IMG/VR virus record: IMGVR_UViG_3300020045_003231
Coordinates: 1 to 45,812 of that record
Length of the DNA stretch: 45,812 nt
Strand: one strand, 5' to 3'
DNA from: a virus
Lineage: Duplodnaviria; Caudoviricetes
Within the stretch, counting starts at the first letter, position 1; each line of letters starts with the position of its first letter. The notes beneath the pieces are model-generated. The model was not told the origin of the DNA. It made no database searches and saw only the letters and a list, made by a program, of their open reading frames with translations. Below are positions 36,336 to 44,148 of this stretch, piece after piece. Position numbers and translations under genes: made by a program.

Positions 36336-36581
36336 ATGCGCGGCATGATCCCACTAACCGCCTTGGTAGGCACTGCCGAGCCGCTCAACCCCGCTCAGGT
36401 GGCTTTTATCGCGCGCCCTGGCAAGTCGTGCGCCTCCTGCCTCTTCCGCGATCAGCGCAGCGCTGTATGCCGTGCTGCTGGCGAAGAGGCGGCGCGGCGC
36501 CAGATCGATGATTGCGAGCTGGGCGTTGTGTACGTCGCGCCTGCTGTGGACGAAAGACAACAAACCATATTCGAGGTCTGA
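36336..36581 (+). CDS. Small Cys-rich protein
   Basis: CASCLF...C...DCE. Confidence 0.6.
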   Translation: MRGMIPLTALVGTAEPLNPAQVAFIARPGKSCASCLFRDQRSAVCRAAGEEAARRQIDDCELGVVYVAPAVDERQQTIFEV

Positions 36582-36583
36582 CC

Positions 36584-36964
36584 ATGCCACCTCCAGGATA
36601 CAAACAGCAAGTCCTTGCCGTGCTCCCTGCCACATCGGCCGAAGTGATGCTCAGGGCGCACGTATCGACATCAACGGCGCGGCGCCACATTGCAGCGCTG
36701 CGCAAACAGAAGCTGGTGTACATCAGTGGCTGGATACGCTCTGGTGGCGCCTTTGCAGCAATCTACTCGCGCGGCGATCTGCCTGATGCGCGCTGCCGCC
36801 TGAAAGCCGAAGGGCATGCCGTATGGGTAAAGCGCTGCCGTAAAAAGCAGATAGAGGAAACTGGCATCTGCCTAGCCGTCGAGCGTGACAAGGCCAGGAA
36901 GCGGGAAGAACGTCGGCTCAAGCGCAAAGAGCAGACGACCTGGCTTTCCGCACTCGGCCTGTGA
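36584..36964 (+). CDS. Putative HTH DNA-binding protein
   Basis: TSAEV.....VSTSTARRHIAALRKQKLVYISGW; GAGG RBS before ATG 36584. Confidence 0.65.
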   Translation: MPPPGYKQQVLAVLPATSAEVMLRAHVSTSTARRHIAALRKQKLVYISGWIRSGGAFAAIYSRGDLPDARCRLKAEGHAVWVKRCRKKQIEETGICLAVERDKARKREERRLKRKEQTTWLSALGL

Positions 36965-37006
36965 CTGTTGTATCTGCGCCGCAAGCTTGATAGTTGTAAA
37001 TTGTGC

Positions 37007-37035
37007 TTGCGATAAATGTGTGACTCAGCAATAAT
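37007..37035 (+). promoter_or_regulatory. Sigma70-like promoter upstream of structured leader
   Basis: TTGCGA-N17-AATAAT; inverted repeat CGCAAGC (36980) / GCTTGCG (37005). Confidence 0.55.
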
Positions 37036-37040
37036 GTCTC

Positions 37041-37162
37041 AACGGCGTGGAAACCGGATCAAAAGGATTATTCGAGCCACTAGGCTTGGATTCTGTAGGG
37101 AGCAAGGGCTAATCCGTCTTGCGATCCTTTTCCACCAGAATCCAGACCTAGTGGCTTTTTTG
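37041..37162 (+). ncRNA. Attenuator-like structured leader ending in a terminator
   Basis: AGCCACTAGG/CCTAGTGGCT plus TGGATTCTG/CAGAATCCA stem then a T run; alternative pairings GTGGAAA/TTTCCAC and AAAAGGAT/ATCCTTTT. Confidence 0.6.
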
Positions 37163-37329
37163 CGTTCTGGCTTCTGCGTCGTAGCACTTACTAGATTCCC
37201 CAGGGTGCACTGCGCGAACACGGCAGGGGGTGGCTACAGAAGATCGTAGTTGGCTGAAAAGCCGGGGTGTGTTCAGGGGTAGTGTCCGTGGCTCGTCGCA
37301 TAGGCAGTACCAAGCTCTTTATTCTCCTT

Positions 37330-37364
37330 GGGGGGTATGGGGGGCTATGGGGACGGGAGCCGGG
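37330..37364 (+). other. G-quadruplex-forming motif
   Basis: G6-TAT-G6-CTAT-G4-AC-G3-AGCC-G3 in non-coding DNA. Confidence 0.65.
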
Positions 37365-37409
37365 TCTGAGCGCTAGGCAATAACGAAAAACAGAAACTAA
37401 GGACTACTG

Positions 37410-38096
37410 ATGAAACTAGCAATCGCTGATGTAAAGGTAAAGACTGATCCGCAAGGACGGTTCTCACTGAACGACCTACACAAAGCGGCCGGCGGAGAAA
37501 ACAAGCATCGCCCGTCGCTTTGGCTGGAAAACCAACAAACGCAAGCCTTAGTGGCCGAGCTGGAAAAAGCAGGAATTCCTGCTTTTGAGTCGAAGCAAAA
37601 ACAAGGTACTTTCGTGTTGAAAGAGCTTGTCTATGCTTACGCAATGTGGTTGTCGCCTGCATTTCATCTGACGGTGATTCGCGCCTTCGACGCTATTGCT
37701 AACGGACAGCTCGAAGAGGCCGCCCGCATTGCATCGCGCCAAGCCGCCCGCCTGGAAGCGCCATTCCTGACCGACGCAATCAAGCATCGCCGCGAGATTC
37801 AAGGCAAGGCCATTGCGCACTACCACTACTCCAACGAATTTGATCTGGTCAACCGCGTGGCTCTAGGCAAGTCGGCCAAGGAATTCCGCGCCGCCCACGG
37901 TCTGAGCGTTGACGACCCATTGCGCGACCATCTGACCAAACTGGAAATCGCATGCGTCCAGGCGCTGCAACGTGCTAACACTACCATGATCGACATGGGC
38001 CTTGACTACGAAAAGCGCAAAGTCGAGTTGCACAAGATTTACGTCACCCGCCATTCTGCGGGCCTGCTGGCCGAAGTGAAAAGGATTGAAGCATGA
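37410..38096 (+). CDS. KilA-N domain DNA-binding protein (antirepressor-like)
   Basis: GRFSLNDLHKAAGG..KHRPS.WL, GTF..KELVYAYAMWLSPAFHL.VIRAFD. Confidence 0.9.
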   Translation: MKLAIADVKVKTDPQGRFSLNDLHKAAGGENKHRPSLWLENQQTQALVAELEKAGIPAFESKQKQGTFVLKELVYAYAMWLSPAFHLTVIRAFDAIANGQLEEAARIASRQAARLEAPFLTDAIKHRREIQGKAIAHYHYSNEFDLVNRVALGKSAKEFRAAHGLSVDDPLRDHLTKLEIACVQALQRANTTMIDMGLDYEKRKVELHKIYVTRHSAGLLAEVKRIEA

Positions 38097-38902
38097 GCCC
38101 TGTAGACGGTTTTGATTTCGGAATTGACCCAAACCGAAATAAGCGGTTGGTCTGCTGGTTTTCCTGCGGCGCTGCATCAGCTGTCGCTACTAAGATCGCC
38201 ATCACTGAAAATGCATTGGGCGCCAATCTTCCAGTTGTAGTTGCTCGCTGCTATATCGAAGAAGAGCATCCAGACAATGACCGGTTCGCAAGCGAGTGCG
38301 AAAAATGGTTTGGCGTGCCGATCACAGTTTTAGAAAGCAAAAAGTATGGGCACTCCATTTACGGAGTGTTTGACCGCGAAAAGTACATAGTCGGAGCAAT
38401 GGGCGCTCCTTGCACGCGCATCCTTAAGAAAAAAGTACGTGAGGATTTCGAGCATTTTGGAGATAGACAAGTATTTGGATACACATCGGATGAGCAAGAC
38501 CGCCTAGATAAGTTCATCGATGCTAACAACCATGTCGATATTTGGCCTGTTCTTATAGATGCTGGAATATCTCACGCTCAATGCTTAGCAATGGTTAAAA
38601 GTACAGGAATAGAGCTACCAGCAATGTACAAGCTTGGGTATAGGAACAATAATTGCATCGGTTGCGTGAAGGGCGGCGCTGGCTATTGGAACAAAATTCG
38701 AGTTGATTTTCCTGACGCGTTTCAGCGCATGGCGAAGCAAGAAAGAAAAATTGGCGCGACGATCTGCAAGGAAAAAGGGGAGCGCGTTTATTTGGATGAG
38801 CTCTCTCCAGGCGCTGGAAATTACAAAGCAGAGCCAGAAGTTGAGTGCGGCATATTTTGCGAACTGGTCGAATCGAAGTTTTCCATAGGAGAAAAAGCAT
38901 GA
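38093..38902 (+). CDS. PAPS-reductase-like (PP-loop) protein
   Basis: WFSCGAASAVA, EHPDN.RF, PCT..LKK, P.MY.LGY.NNNCIGCVKGG.GYWN. Confidence 0.8.
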   Translation: MSPVDGFDFGIDPNRNKRLVCWFSCGAASAVATKIAITENALGANLPVVVARCYIEEEHPDNDRFASECEKWFGVPITVLESKKYGHSIYGVFDREKYIVGAMGAPCTRILKKKVREDFEHFGDRQVFGYTSDEQDRLDKFIDANNHVDIWPVLIDAGISHAQCLAMVKSTGIELPAMYKLGYRNNNCIGCVKGGAGYWNKIRVDFPDAFQRMAKQERKIGATICKEKGERVYLDELSPGAGNYKAEPEVECGIFCELVESKFSIGEKA

Positions 38903-39210
38903 CAGCACTCCCATCCTGGCTCCCTCTCCCCGAGTGGGAAGCTTTCGTAGCAATGCGAAAGAAGCAAAAAAAACCTATGACCGAGGGCGCTGTAGAGCGA
39001 ATGATTAAGAAGCTCGATGGTCTGCGCGGCGAAGGTGAAGACTTGGGCGCCGTCCTAAACCAGTCGGAGGATAAATGCTGGCTCGACGTGTTTCCCGTAA
39101 AGCCGCAGGATCGGCGCCAAACGGCCCGCAGTGGGCCTGACATGAGCCGCCTGGGTAAAGCTGGGCAGGCAACCGCAAACAACGCCATGGACTGGCTTGA
39201 GGGGAATTGA
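38899..39210 (+). CDS. Protein resembling the C-terminal domain of a phage replication initiator
   Basis: LPSWL....WEAFV.MRKK.KKP.T..A...IKKL...L.QS....W..VF; AGGAG RBS before ATG 38899. Confidence 0.65.
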   Translation: MTALPSWLPLPEWEAFVAMRKKQKKPMTEGAVERMIKKLDGLRGEGEDLGAVLNQSEDKCWLDVFPVKPQDRRQTARSGPDMSRLGKAGQATANNAMDWLEGN

Positions 39211-39857
39211 TGCTGGATGACATCGAAACCAAGCGCAAGTTCGCCGGCCTGATGACGGGCCTCAGCGACTACTACCGCCAGGAAATAAGCAAGTCGGTGC
39301 TGTCGATCTACTTCCGCGCGCTTAGGCCATACGAGTACGAGGATATCGAGCGCGCCGTCGATGCCCATATCATCAATCCCGAGACGGCCGGCAGCTTCAT
39401 GCCCAAGGCCAACGAGATATCCAAGATGATCGAAGGCAGCACGACCGATCAATCCGCTATCGCCTGGTCAAAGGTTGACGGCGCAGTGCGGCGCGCCGGC
39501 CCGTACAAGGACGTAGCCTTTGATGACCCAATCATTCACCGCGTGATCCAGGACATGGGGGGCTGGGTGCTGATGTGCGGCCACGATGATAAGGGCTGGC
39601 CGTTCGTCGGTAACGAGTTCAAGACGCGCTATAAGGGCTACAGAATGCGCGGAGAGGCACCAGAACACGCGCCGGTTCTAATTGGCATGGCGAATGCGCA
39701 CAATGAGTCGGAGAAGACTGGCATGCGCTTCCTGCCGGTTCTGGTGGGCGACGAAGAGAAGTGCAAAGCTGTCATGCAGTCCGGTAGCAGCGCACCACTG
39801 TTGCAAATGCGCACAGTCCAGGAACTGGCGCCGGACGTGAAACAGTTGGCCGAGTAG
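39207..39857 (+). CDS. Putative helicase loader (DUF6475-like)
   Basis: Y..AL..Y...I..A...H....FMPK..EI, AW.KV..A....G.Y..V.FDDP.IH.VI..MGGW; P-gene position. Confidence 0.75.
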   Translation: MMLDDIETKRKFAGLMTGLSDYYRQEISKSVLSIYFRALRPYEYEDIERAVDAHIINPETAGSFMPKANEISKMIEGSTTDQSAIAWSKVDGAVRRAGPYKDVAFDDPIIHRVIQDMGGWVLMCGHDDKGWPFVGNEFKTRYKGYRMRGEAPEHAPVLIGMANAHNESEKTGMRFLPVLVGDEEKCKAVMQSGSSAPLLQMRTVQELAPDVKQLAE

Positions 39858-40001
39858 TTCCACAAACCAAACACTTAAGGGGAATAGGATGCATACAGCA
39901 ATGGAAATCTTGGTGTTTTCGGTGACGTGCGGAATTGTGGCAGGCGTATGCGTGTTGGTGGGAGTAATCGCCGCCATCCCTCTGTTGTGGCTAATTGAGC
40001 A

Positions 40002-40202
40002 ATGAAGCCCTGCCTGTCCTGCCAGCATCTGAACCTGCGCAAAGTCACCCGCCAGCAGGCCGCCGCCGGTCACTACTACTGCGACCGTCACGACAACTAC
40101 CAGATACCAGCGATAGGGTATAGCGAGTGCGCGGAGGTGGTGCGGGCGGGGGATGATGTTGTGGCGAAGAGAAAAATATGGATAAATAACTTGCGTAAGT
40201 AA
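40002..40202 (+). CDS. Small Cys-rich protein
   Basis: CLSCQH...C...C. Confidence 0.6.
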   Translation: MKPCLSCQHLNLRKVTRQQAAAGHYYCDRHDNYQIPAIGYSECAEVVRAGDDVVAKRKIWINNLRK

Positions 40203-40219
40203 ATTACGTTTGCTATGAT
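40191..40219 (+). promoter_or_regulatory. Sigma70 promoter
   Basis: TTGCGT-N17-TATGAT with extended TG; internal palindrome CGTAA-N5-TTACG. Confidence 0.7.
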
Positions 40220-40267
40220 GATGTTCATGGGCATCGCATACCACGAAGCAGGGAAGGAAAGAAGATC

Positions 40268-40762
40268 ATGGCTCTAACGAATGAGAGGTTAATTGAATAC
40301 GTTGACTATGATCAAGAGTCAGGATTTTTTACAAAAAGATCTGGCCGCAATAAGGGAATTCGACTTGGAAGCAAGACTGAAAAAGGCTATTTGGCGATAA
40401 CGATAGATGGCAAGGCTTATCGTGCACATCGATTGGCATGGATGTATGTTTATGGAAAAATGCCCGTTAATTTAATTGATCATATAAATAACATAAAAGA
40501 CGACAATAGAATATGCAATTTACGTGAAGCAAATCTGGCTCAAAACGCAGGAAACATGAAATTAATGTCTACAAATTTGCTTGGTGTAAAAGGCGTTTCT
40601 TTCAAGGCTGGCAAGTTCGTAGCATGCATTATGGTATCTAAGCAAAATATTTACCTCGGTCGTCATGAGACAGCAGATGAAGCGGCGCATTCATACAATA
40701 AGGCAGCGATAAAATATTTTGGAGATTTTGCCTCACTAAATCCTGTCGGAAAAGATTATTAA
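40268..40762 (+). CDS. HNH homing endonuclease with AP2-like C-terminus
   Basis: AHRLAWMYVYG, IDHIN..KDDNRI.NLR, GVKGV...YLG...A...YN.AA..YFG.FA; AT-rich. Confidence 0.92.
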   Translation: MALTNERLIEYVDYDQESGFFTKRSGRNKGIRLGSKTEKGYLAITIDGKAYRAHRLAWMYVYGKMPVNLIDHINNIKDDNRICNLREANLAQNAGNMKLMSTNLLGVKGVSFKAGKFVACIMVSKQNIYLGRHETADEAAHSYNKAAIKYFGDFASLNPVGKDY

Positions 40763-40804
40763 CTAATTCGCCAGTCAGCACTGGCGCCAACCCTGGAGAA
40801 GATC

Positions 40805-40981
40805 ATCACTCGTAAAACGTCAGCCGCGATGAACAAAGCGGAGAAATTGGTTAGGTCTGGCGCGACCGCAGCAGAATCGGCGCGCAAGACTGGCCTAAGC
40901 ACCACAGCAATCTATCAAAGCGCATGGTATCGCGTTCTCAAGAATCTGCCGCCAAAACTTAAAAAAGGGGAAGAAAAATGA
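40805..40981 (+). CDS. Small HTH-like protein with probable ATC start (or ATG at 40829)
   Basis: GGAG 6 nt before ATC; TRKTSAAMNKAEKLVRSGATAAESARKTGLSTTAIYQSAWY; ATGA-coupled to next gene. Confidence 0.55.
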   Translation: MTRKTSAAMNKAEKLVRSGATAAESARKTGLSTTAIYQSAWYRVLKNLPPKLKKGEEK

Positions 40982-41412
40982 TCGACTACATCAGCAACAT
41001 GGACGAATTCACGCTGCGCACGTTCTCCGGCCTGGCGTTCATCATCGTAATTTGCGCGCTCATCTGCATCAAGATTGCTCGCACGGCGCCAATCGATACG
41101 CCGATCTGCCCGCCACTGGCGAAGAAAGAAGGGCCGCGCTACTTTGACAAGCACGACCACGTGGAGCCTATCGAGCCGACCGAAGAGCTGCGCCAGTCGT
41201 ACTATTCGGACAAGGGTAACTTGCAGGCGACGGAATCGACCATGGCAGAGTTCATCAGCATTCAGAACGTCTACGACCTGCCCACGCCACGCGGCGCCAA
41301 TGCTCAGAAAGAGCGCGTGGACATGCTGATTGCAGTTATCGAAAAACAGGAAGCCAGCCGGCAAGCTCGCATGGTGGTTGACGCGCTGCATCCACAGGGG
41401 CGGCGAGTATGA
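40978..41412 (+). CDS. Hypothetical protein with N-terminal TM helix
   Basis: 144 aa; overlaps both neighbours. Confidence 0.65.
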   Translation: MIDYISNMDEFTLRTFSGLAFIIVICALICIKIARTAPIDTPICPPLAKKEGPRYFDKHDHVEPIEPTEELRQSYYSDKGNLQATESTMAEFISIQNVYDLPTPRGANAQKERVDMLIAVIEKQEASRQARMVVDALHPQGRRV

Positions 41413-41696
41413 GCCACACTCCGGGGCCATGGCATTATCGTACGGTAGATGATTCGATAGGAAGTATAGATGATGAATCGGGCGAGGCTGTTGCTCAATC
41501 ACTACAAAGACCATCAGCACGTACTGTTACATCAATCTATAAGGCAAATAAAGAGCGTATTGCAAATGCTAAGTTGATCGCCGCCGCGCCTGATTTACTT
41601 AATGAATTAAAAAGAATTTTAAAAGAAGAGCCATTAGATTTTGAATCATACATTCGTGTGGCAGAAATTATCGCCAAAGCAGAGGGGAAAGCATGA
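41409..41696 (+). CDS. HTPGPW-type small phage protein
   Basis: MSHTPGPW...ANAKLIAAAPDLL...IAKAEG. Confidence 0.75.
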   Translation: MSHTPGPWHYRTVDDSIGSIDDESGEAVAQSLQRPSARTVTSIYKANKERIANAKLIAAAPDLLNELKRILKEEPLDFESYIRVAEIIAKAEGKA

Positions 41697-42184
41697 GCAA
41701 GCCACGAAAGAAGTATCGTCCGAAGGCTGTCAACCATGATGCGCTGAGCTGGGCATTGGCAGGAGTTCACACTATGACGACCGAAGACCAGCGCAAGGCC
41801 ATGGAGCCGATTCTCGCCGGTTACGACCTGCTGCGCCAGGGCAAGGCTGACCGCGTAGACTGGAATAATGTTGTGCAGGCGCTCAACATCGGAGAGGCGC
41901 TGACCGAATTGCACATTGGCGACAACCTGCGGCCCGACTTCGACGCCGGCCACGCAGCGATGCACCAGATTGCGCTGCGTATGCTGAGCGGCAAAGGATC
42001 GACCTGCTACGCGGCTGAGCTGACTGTGATCGCGGAGGCCATTGACCTGTATCGCATTCAGCTGACGATTTGCACGCAAGCCGAGTTCTCCAGGGCCGTC
42101 CAGCGCGTCAAGAACCTGTTGACTGGCGGCGCGGTCGCAAATGTGGCTGAGACTTATGCCAAGCTTAATGAGGCCCATCCATGA
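41693..42184 (+). CDS. Hypothetical protein
   Basis: KPRKKYRPK N-terminus; ATGA overlaps. Confidence 0.75.
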   Translation: MSKPRKKYRPKAVNHDALSWALAGVHTMTTEDQRKAMEPILAGYDLLRQGKADRVDWNNVVQALNIGEALTELHIGDNLRPDFDAGHAAMHQIALRMLSGKGSTCYAAELTVIAEAIDLYRIQLTICTQAEFSRAVQRVKNLLTGGAVANVAETYAKLNEAHP

Positions 42185-42345
42185 GCCCCTCCGACCGCAA
42201 CCGCGTATTTCGCGGCCAGCCAGGAGATAACGTAATGGGCGGTGAAATCTTCACCATCACCGAGAAGAAGTATCTGCAAAGCACGATCCCAGGCCAACCG
42301 CCAGTAACCATAATCATTTCGACACGCACGGAGAAGATGCCATGA
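42181..42345 (+). CDS. 54-aa hypothetical protein
   Basis: MSPSDRNR...EKMP; ATGA overlaps at both ends. Confidence 0.5.
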   Translation: MSPSDRNRVFRGQPGDNVMGGEIFTITEKKYLQSTIPGQPPVTIIISTRTEKMP

Positions 42346-42692
42346 CCGCACCAACAGTAATGACCGGCAAAGACGTTCTTGCCTACCTGACGCGCCTCAA
42401 TGGCGAAGGCATGACCATCACTGAAATCAGCAAGCGCACCGACCATGGCGAGGGTATTGTGCGATTGGCAGTGGCCGACCTGCTGCTTACCAGTCAAATC
42501 GTCAAGGTAAAGGAATCCATGTTTACCAAGTACTGCGTGCCGACCAACCACAGTCGCCTGGCAGAGCGCCGGATCAATTCGAACTACGGCACGCCGCCAA
42601 TGAAGATCGAACGGCGCCGCGCTGAGATTTACGAGGAGCTGGCAAAGGCCCGCGCTGCAACGCCATCGCGGCATATTCCGGAGGTGGTATGA
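42342..42692 (+). CDS. Hypothetical, possibly wHTH, protein
   Basis: VLAYL.....GMTITEIS........VRLAVADL. Confidence 0.65.
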   Translation: MTAPTVMTGKDVLAYLTRLNGEGMTITEISKRTDHGEGIVRLAVADLLLTSQIVKVKESMFTKYCVPTNHSRLAERRINSNYGTPPMKIERRRAEIYEELAKARAATPSRHIPEVV

Positions 42693-42877
42693 ACATCGAG
42701 CAAGTAAAGAAAGACCTCGAAGAGGGGATTCAGGTTAGCAAGTTTACACTGCTCAAGCTGGCGGAGGCGGCGCTGATAATGCAAGATACTCTGATGGCTA
42801 TTTCGTCTGGGGATCGTTTCACAAAAGGGCCAGCAAGTGATGCTGTAGAAGCAATAAACAGCGTTAAGCGACTATGA
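42689..42877 (+). CDS. Hypothetical protein
   Basis: 62 aa; GGAGG RBS; ATGA overlaps. Confidence 0.65.
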   Translation: MNIEQVKKDLEEGIQVSKFTLLKLAEAALIMQDTLMAISSGDRFTKGPASDAVEAINSVKRL

Positions 42878-43092
42878 CCAGCGCGCTCGATACCCAAATT
42901 TCTGGATCGCATTATAAGGATTGCAAAATCCAGCCCATCGAGTACATTCATGCTAACGGGCTGACATTTGCAGAGGGTAGCGTGATCAAGTATGTCACGC
43001 GGCACAAGGCCAAGAATGGAGCCGCAGACCTGCGCAAAGCGATCCACTTCCTCCAGCTGCTGCTGGAACTTGAATACGGAGAGAAACCATGA
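42874..43092 (+). CDS. DUF3310-like protein
   Basis: Q.SGSHYK...IQPIEYI....F.EG.VIKYVTR...KNG..DL.KA. Confidence 0.85.
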   Translation: MTSALDTQISGSHYKDCKIQPIEYIHANGLTFAEGSVIKYVTRHKAKNGAADLRKAIHFLQLLLELEYGEKP

Positions 43093-43280
43093 TGACGCAA
43101 GCTAAGTGGGAACAGATCAAGCGCGACGAGCCGAAAGAGTACGCCAGGATCACGCAAGAGGCGTACCAGGCAGTATGCGAGCAAGCCGGCCAGCGACTCG
43201 ACCGTGAGGCCGTGATCTACCTTTTTCAGCGCGGCGATGACAAGTTGAATATCGTCGCAAAGCTGGTGAATATGCGCTGA
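43089..43280 (+). CDS. Hypothetical protein
   Basis: 63 aa; GGAGA RBS; ATGA overlap. Confidence 0.6.
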   Translation: MMTQAKWEQIKRDEPKEYARITQEAYQAVCEQAGQRLDREAVIYLFQRGDDKLNIVAKLVNMR

Positions 43281-43321
43281 AAGTTGGTGATTTACAGCAG
43301 GAAATGAGGTAGCATGTAGTC

Positions 43322-44060
43322 TTAGTTGGCACTGGTGAGCATTGGAATTGCGCCAGTCGCAAGTAGACTGCGGGCCATCCGCAGCAGCCAACTAAAGTAA
43401 ACTCGCGGGCGATGACGATTGCCGAAAGCCAGATTGCGAACTGGCAACCTTGTGAGTTGTAAAGGAAGCGAACTCACCGACCATGTGCTGACATGGAATG
43501 CGGATGCTTGGCAAGATCAGTCTTCACCGACTAGCAAACCAAGTGCAGCGAGACTAGTCCGGTACGGATGGGCTAGTTGGAGCTTCGTGAAAGCCGAGGC
43601 GCCTAACAGATGGTGGTTGAAATCATTGGAAATCCGCTTTACCGTCGGAGCCCCAGTCCTTTGATATAAACGGTAGCCATCATCTGTTGGGTGAATGCAA
43701 GCATTGGTTCAGCAGTAGTAGGGCGTTCGAATCGTCCGACCGCGACATGTCGAAAGTGTCGCCACCTATTAAATGAGCGCCGGTAAGCGTGATCCTGCGG
43801 GTAGCGACTGAGAACGGCGACGAGTACAGAGTAATAGCCGAGAGGCCAAGCGCGTACCAAGCGTGCGGAAATTAAATTCTTGGTTGGCGGCAGGGAAAAG
43901 ACCTGAGTACAAAATTGCATCAGTAAAGAAGTATGGATGGGACCATGCTATTAGCTTTGCCTCCTTTCTCATGTTCGCCCGTCATGGCGTGGATTGGAAC
44001 CCAGAATGCCCCTTGCCTGAGAACTTGGGAATTTCCGCAGTGACTAGCGTACGTAGTCAA
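43322..44060 (+). ncRNA. Candidate large structured non-coding RNA (or array of RNAs)
   Basis: No credible ORF; many nested and long-range helices (see findings). Confidence 0.55.
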
Positions 44061-44071
44061 CCAGTTTCAAA

Positions 44072-44148
44072 GCGGTGATAGCTAAGTTTGGTAGAGTATC
44101 TGGTTTCCAACCAGCGTGTCGTCGGTTCAAATCCGACTCGCCGCTCCA
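44072..44148 (+). tRNA. tRNA-Gly (anticodon TCC)
   Basis: Acceptor GCGGTGA/TCGCCGC, anticodon arm CTGG-TTTCCAA-CCAG, T arm GTCGG-TTCAAAT-CCGAC, encoded TCCA end. Confidence 0.92.

Noticed and set aside
43400-43458. Hammerhead ribozyme (CGATGA...GAAA-stem)
   Set aside because: The core lacks the U of CUGANGA, stem II is only about 2 bp, and AA replaces the required UH after stem III
43720-43775. Second tRNA gene around GGGCG-TTCGAAT-CGTCC
   Set aside because: Only a T-arm-like hairpin is present; I could not build acceptor, D and anticodon arms around it
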